A stretch of 64,000 nucleotides of DNA, from contig JAUCBJ010009046.1 of assembly GCA_032718475.1 (NCBI GenBank), positions 1-64,000 of the forward strand. Direction: 5' to 3'. This document shows, piece by piece, positions 59,101-64,000 of this stretch. Below the pieces are notes generated by a model. It made no database searches, was not told the origin of the DNA, and saw nothing but the letters and a program-made list of their open reading frames with translations. The stretch is from Nemertoderma westbladi. Taxonomy: Eukaryota; Animalia; Xenacoelomorpha. Both the position numbers and the translations under genes were made by a program. The first letter of the stretch is position 1. Every line of letters begins with the position of its first letter.

Positions 59101-62100
59101 TCATACAATCACTTACAACATCTAGTACCATCCGTAAGTCATATACAATCACTTACAACATCTAGTACCATCCGTAAGTCATATACAATCACTTACAACA
59201 TCTAGTACCATCCGTATGTCATATACAATCACTTACAACATCTAGTACCATCCGTAAGTCATACAATCACTTACAACATCTAGTACCATCCGTAAGTCAT
59301 ATACAATCACTTACAACATCTAGTACCATCCGTAAGTCATACAATCACTTACAACATCTAGTACCATCCGTAAGTCATATACAATCACTTACAACATCTA
59401 GTACCATCCGTAAGTCATATACAATCACTTACAACATCTAGTACCATCCGTAAGTCATATACAATCACTTACAACATCTAGTACCATCCGTAAGTCATAC
59501 AATCACTTACAACATCTAGTACCATCCGTAAGTCATATACAATCACTTACAACATCTAGTACCATCCGTAAGTCGTCATACAATCACTTACAACATCTAG
59601 TACCATCCGTAAGTCATATACAATCACTTACAACATCTAGTACCATCCGTAAGTCATACAATCACTTACAACATCTAGTACCATCCGTAAGTCATATACA
59701 ATCACTTACAACATCTAGTACCATCCGTAAGTCATACAATCACTTACAACATCTAGTACCATCCGTATGTCATATACAATCACTTACAACATCTAGTACC
59801 ATCCGTAAGTCATATACAATCACTTACAACATCTAGTACCATCCGTAAGTCATATACAATCACTTACAACATCTAGTACCATCCGTAAGTCGGTCATACA
59901 ATCACTTACAACATCTAGTACCATCCGTATGTCATATACAATCACTTACAACATCTAGTACCATCCGTAAGTCGTCATACAATCACTTACAACATCTAGT
60001 ACCATCCGTATGTCATATACAATCACTTACAACATCTAGTACCATCCGTAAGTCGTCATACAATCACTTACAACATCTAGTACCATCCGTAAGTCATATA
60101 CAATCACTTACAACATCTAGTACCATCCGTAAGTCATACAATCACTTACAACATCTAGTACCATCCGTAAGTCATATACAATCACTTACAACATCTAGTA
60201 CCATCCGTAAGTCATACAATCACTTACAACATCTAGTACCATCCGTATGTCATATACAATCACTTACAACATCTAGTACCATCCGTAAGTCATATACAAT
60301 CACTTACAACATCTAGTACCATCCGTAAGTCATATACAATCACTTACAACATCTAGTACCATCCGTAAGTCATACAATCACTTACAACATCTAGTACCAT
60401 CCGTAAGTCATATACAATCACTTACAACATCTAGTACCATCCGTAAGTCATATACAATCACTTACAACATCTAGTACCATCCGTAAGTCATACAATCACT
60501 TACAACATCTAGTACCATCCGTAAGTCATACAATCACTTACAACATCTAGTACCATCCGTAAGTCATACAATCACTTACAACATCTAGTACCATCCGTAA
60601 GTCATACAATCACTTACAACATCTAGTACCATCCGTAAGTCATACAATCACTTACAACATCTAGTACCATCCGTAAGTCATATACAATCACTTACAACAT
60701 CTAGTACCATCCGTAAGTCATATACAATCACTTACAACATCTAGTACCATCCGTAAGTCATACAATCACTTACAACATCTAGTACCATCCGTAAGTCATA
60801 TACAATCACTTACAACATCTAGTACCATCCGTAAGTCATATACAATCACTTACAACATCTAGTACCATCCGTAAGTCATATACAATCACTTACAACATCT
60901 AGTACCATCCGTAAGTCATATACAATCACTTACAACATCTAGTACCATCCGTATGTCATATACAATCACTTACAACATCTAGTACCATCCGTAAGTCATA
61001 TACAATCACTTACAACATCTAGTACCATCCGTATGTCATATACAATCACTTACAACATCTAGTACCATCCGTAAGTCATATACAATCACTTACAACATCT
61101 AGTACCATCCGTAAGTCATATACAATCACTTACAACATCTAGTACCATCCGTATGTCATATACAATCACTTACAACATCTAGTACCATCCGTAAGTCATA
61201 TACAATCACTTACAACATCTAGTACCATCCGTAAGTCATACAATCACTTACAACATCTAGTACCATCCGTAAGTCATATACAATCACTTACAACATCTAG
61301 TACCATCCGTAAGTCATATACAATCACTTACAACATCTAGTACCATCCGTAAGTCATACAATCACTTACAACATCTAGTACCATCCGTATGTCATATACA
61401 ATCACTTACAACATCTAGTACCATCCGTATGTCATATACAATCACTTACAACATCTAGTACCATCCGTAAGTCATATACAATCACTTACAACATCTAGTA
61501 CCATCCGTATGTCATATACAATCACTTACAACATCTAGTACCATCCGTAAGTCATATACAATCACTTACAACATCTAGTACCATCCGTATGTCATATACA
61601 ATCACTTACAACATCTAGTACCATCCGTAAGTCATACAATCACTTACAACATCTAGTACCATCCGTAAGTCATATACAATCACTTACAACATCTAGTACC
61701 ATCCGTAAGTCATACAATCACTTACAACATCTAGTACCATCCGTAAGTCATATACAATCACTTACAACATCTAGTACCATCCGTAAGTCATACAATCACT
61801 TACAACATCTAGTACCATCCGTATGTCATATACAATCACTTACAACATCTAGTACCATCCGTATGTCATATACAATCACTTACAACATCTAGTACCATCC
61901 GTAAGTCATATACAATCACTTACAACATCTAGTACCATCCGTATGTCATATACAATCACTTACAACATCTAGTACCATCCGTAAGTCATATACAATCACT
62001 TACAACATCTAGTACCATCCGTATGTCATATACAATCACTTACAACATCTAGTACCATCCGTAAGTCATACAATCACTTACAACATCTAGTACCATCCGT

Positions 62101-64000
62101 AAGTCATATACAATCACTTACAACATCTAGTACCATCCGTAAGTCATACAATCACTTACAACATCTAGTACCATCCGTAAGTCATATACAATCACTTACA
62201 ACATCTAGTACCATCCGTAAGTCATACAATCACTTACAACATCTAGTACCATCCGTAAGTCATATACAATCACTTACAACATCTAGTACCATCCGTAAGT
62301 CATATACAATCACTTACAACATCTAGTACCATCCGTAAGTCATACAATCACTTACAACATCTAGTACCATCCGTAAGTCATACAATCACTTACAACATCT
62401 AGTACCATCCGTAAGTCATACAATCACTTACAACATCTAGTACCATCCGTAAGTCATACAATCACTTACAACATTTAGTACCATCCGTAAGTCATACAAT
62501 CACTTACAACATCTAGTACCATCCGTAAGTCATATACAATCACTTACAACATCTAGTACCATCCGTAAGTCATATACAATCACTTACAACATCTAGTACC
62601 ATCCGTAAGTCATACAATCACTTACAACATCTAGTACCATCCGTAAGTCATATACAATCACTTACAACATCTAGTACCATCCGTAAGTCATACAATCACT
62701 TACAACATCTAGTACCATCCGTAAGTCATACAATCACTTACAACATCTAGTACCATCCGTAAGTCATATACAATCACTTACAACATCTAGTACCATCCGT
62801 AAGTCATATACAATCACTTACAACATCTAGTACCATCCGTAAGTCATACAATCACTTACAACATCTAGTACCATCCGTAAGTCATATACAATCACTTACA
62901 ACATCTAGTACCATCCGTAAGTCATACAATCACTTACAACATCTAGTACCATCCGTATGTCATATACAATCACTTACAACATCTAGTACCATCCGTAAGT
63001 CATATACAATCACTTACAACATTTAGTACCATCCGTAAGTCATATACAATCACTTACAACATCTAGTACCATCCGTAAGTCATATACAATCACTTACAAC
63101 ATCTAGTACCATCCGTAAGTCATATACAATCACTTACAACATCTAGTACCATCCGTAAGTCATATACAATCACTTACAACATCTAGTACCATCCGTAAGT
63201 CACACAATCACTTACAACATCTAGTACCATCCGTAAGTCATATACAATCACTTACAACATCTAGTACCATCCGTAAGTCATACAATCACTTACAACATCT
63301 AGTACCATCCGTAAGTCATACAATCACTTACAACATCTAGTACCATCCGTAAGTCACACAATCACTTACAACATCTAGTACCATCCGTAAGTCATATACA
63401 ATCACTTACAACATCTAGTACCATCCGTAAGTCATACAATCACTTACAACATCTAGTACCATCCGTAAGTCATACAATCACTTACAACATCTAGTACCAT
63501 CCGTAAGTCATATACAATCACTTACAACATCTAGTACCATCCGTAAGTCATACAATCACTTACAACATCTAGTACCATCCGTAAGTCATATACAATCACT
63601 TACAACATCTAGTACCATCCGTAAGTCATATACAATCACTTACAACATCTAGTACCATCCGTAAGTCATATACAATCACTTACAACATCTAGTACCATCC
63701 GTAAGTCATATACAATCACTTACAACATCTAGTACCATCCGTAAGTCATATACAATCACTTACAACATCTAGTACCATCCGTATTTCATACAATCACTTA
63801 CAACATCTAGTACCATCCGTAAGTCATATACAATCACTTACAACATCTAGTACCATCCGTATTTCATACAATCACTTACAACATCTAGTACCATCCGTAA
63901 GTCATATACAATCACTTACAACATCTAGTACCATCCGTAAGTCATATACAATCACTTACAACATCTAGTACCATCCGTATTTCATACAATCACTTACAAC
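35181..64000. repeat. Giant 38/40-bp tandem array in the nAChR intron; unit resembles exon end plus GTAAGT donor on the sense strand
   Basis: Plus-strand unit caatcacttacaacatctagtaccatccgta(a/t)gtcata(ta). About 740 copies by length; runs off the right edge and spans a gap. Confidence 0.98.
52970..53069. other. Assembly gap (100 N) inside the giant array
   Basis: Exactly 100 N, typical of a placeholder of unknown size. The repeat has the same orientation on both sides. Confidence 0.99.

Overview
Eukaryotic, AT-rich, probably invertebrate animal DNA. The window holds most of one minus-strand gene, a Cys-loop nicotinic acetylcholine receptor alpha-type subunit. I reconstructed six GT-AG exons (35090-34939, 34490-34307, 29161-29021, 28888-28666, 22519-22315, 13214-12833; 1287 nt, 428 aa plus stop). 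They run from DEKNQ through the Cys-loop, loop C YPCC and M1-M4; the 5' exons lie beyond the right edge. Most of the window is tandem repeat (ten arrays with units of about 22-46 bp). One intron carries a cluster of RTE-type LINE fragments and a possible solo LTR. The main observation is that three arrays are tied to the gene's own 5' splice sites. A 44-bp array is the Cys-loop exon's 3' end plus its GTGAGT donor (22 copies). The >28.8-kb 38/40-bp array reads on the sense strand as codons for Y-D-L-R-M-V-L-D-V followed by GTAAGT, which fits the expected end of the missing upstream exon (~740 copies visible). An 8.9-kb 22/23-bp array starts exactly on a donor and ends in CAG|GTAGGT. By reading frame, use of any downstream donor copy gives a premature stop. 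The long repeat-encoded ORFs are considered spurious.
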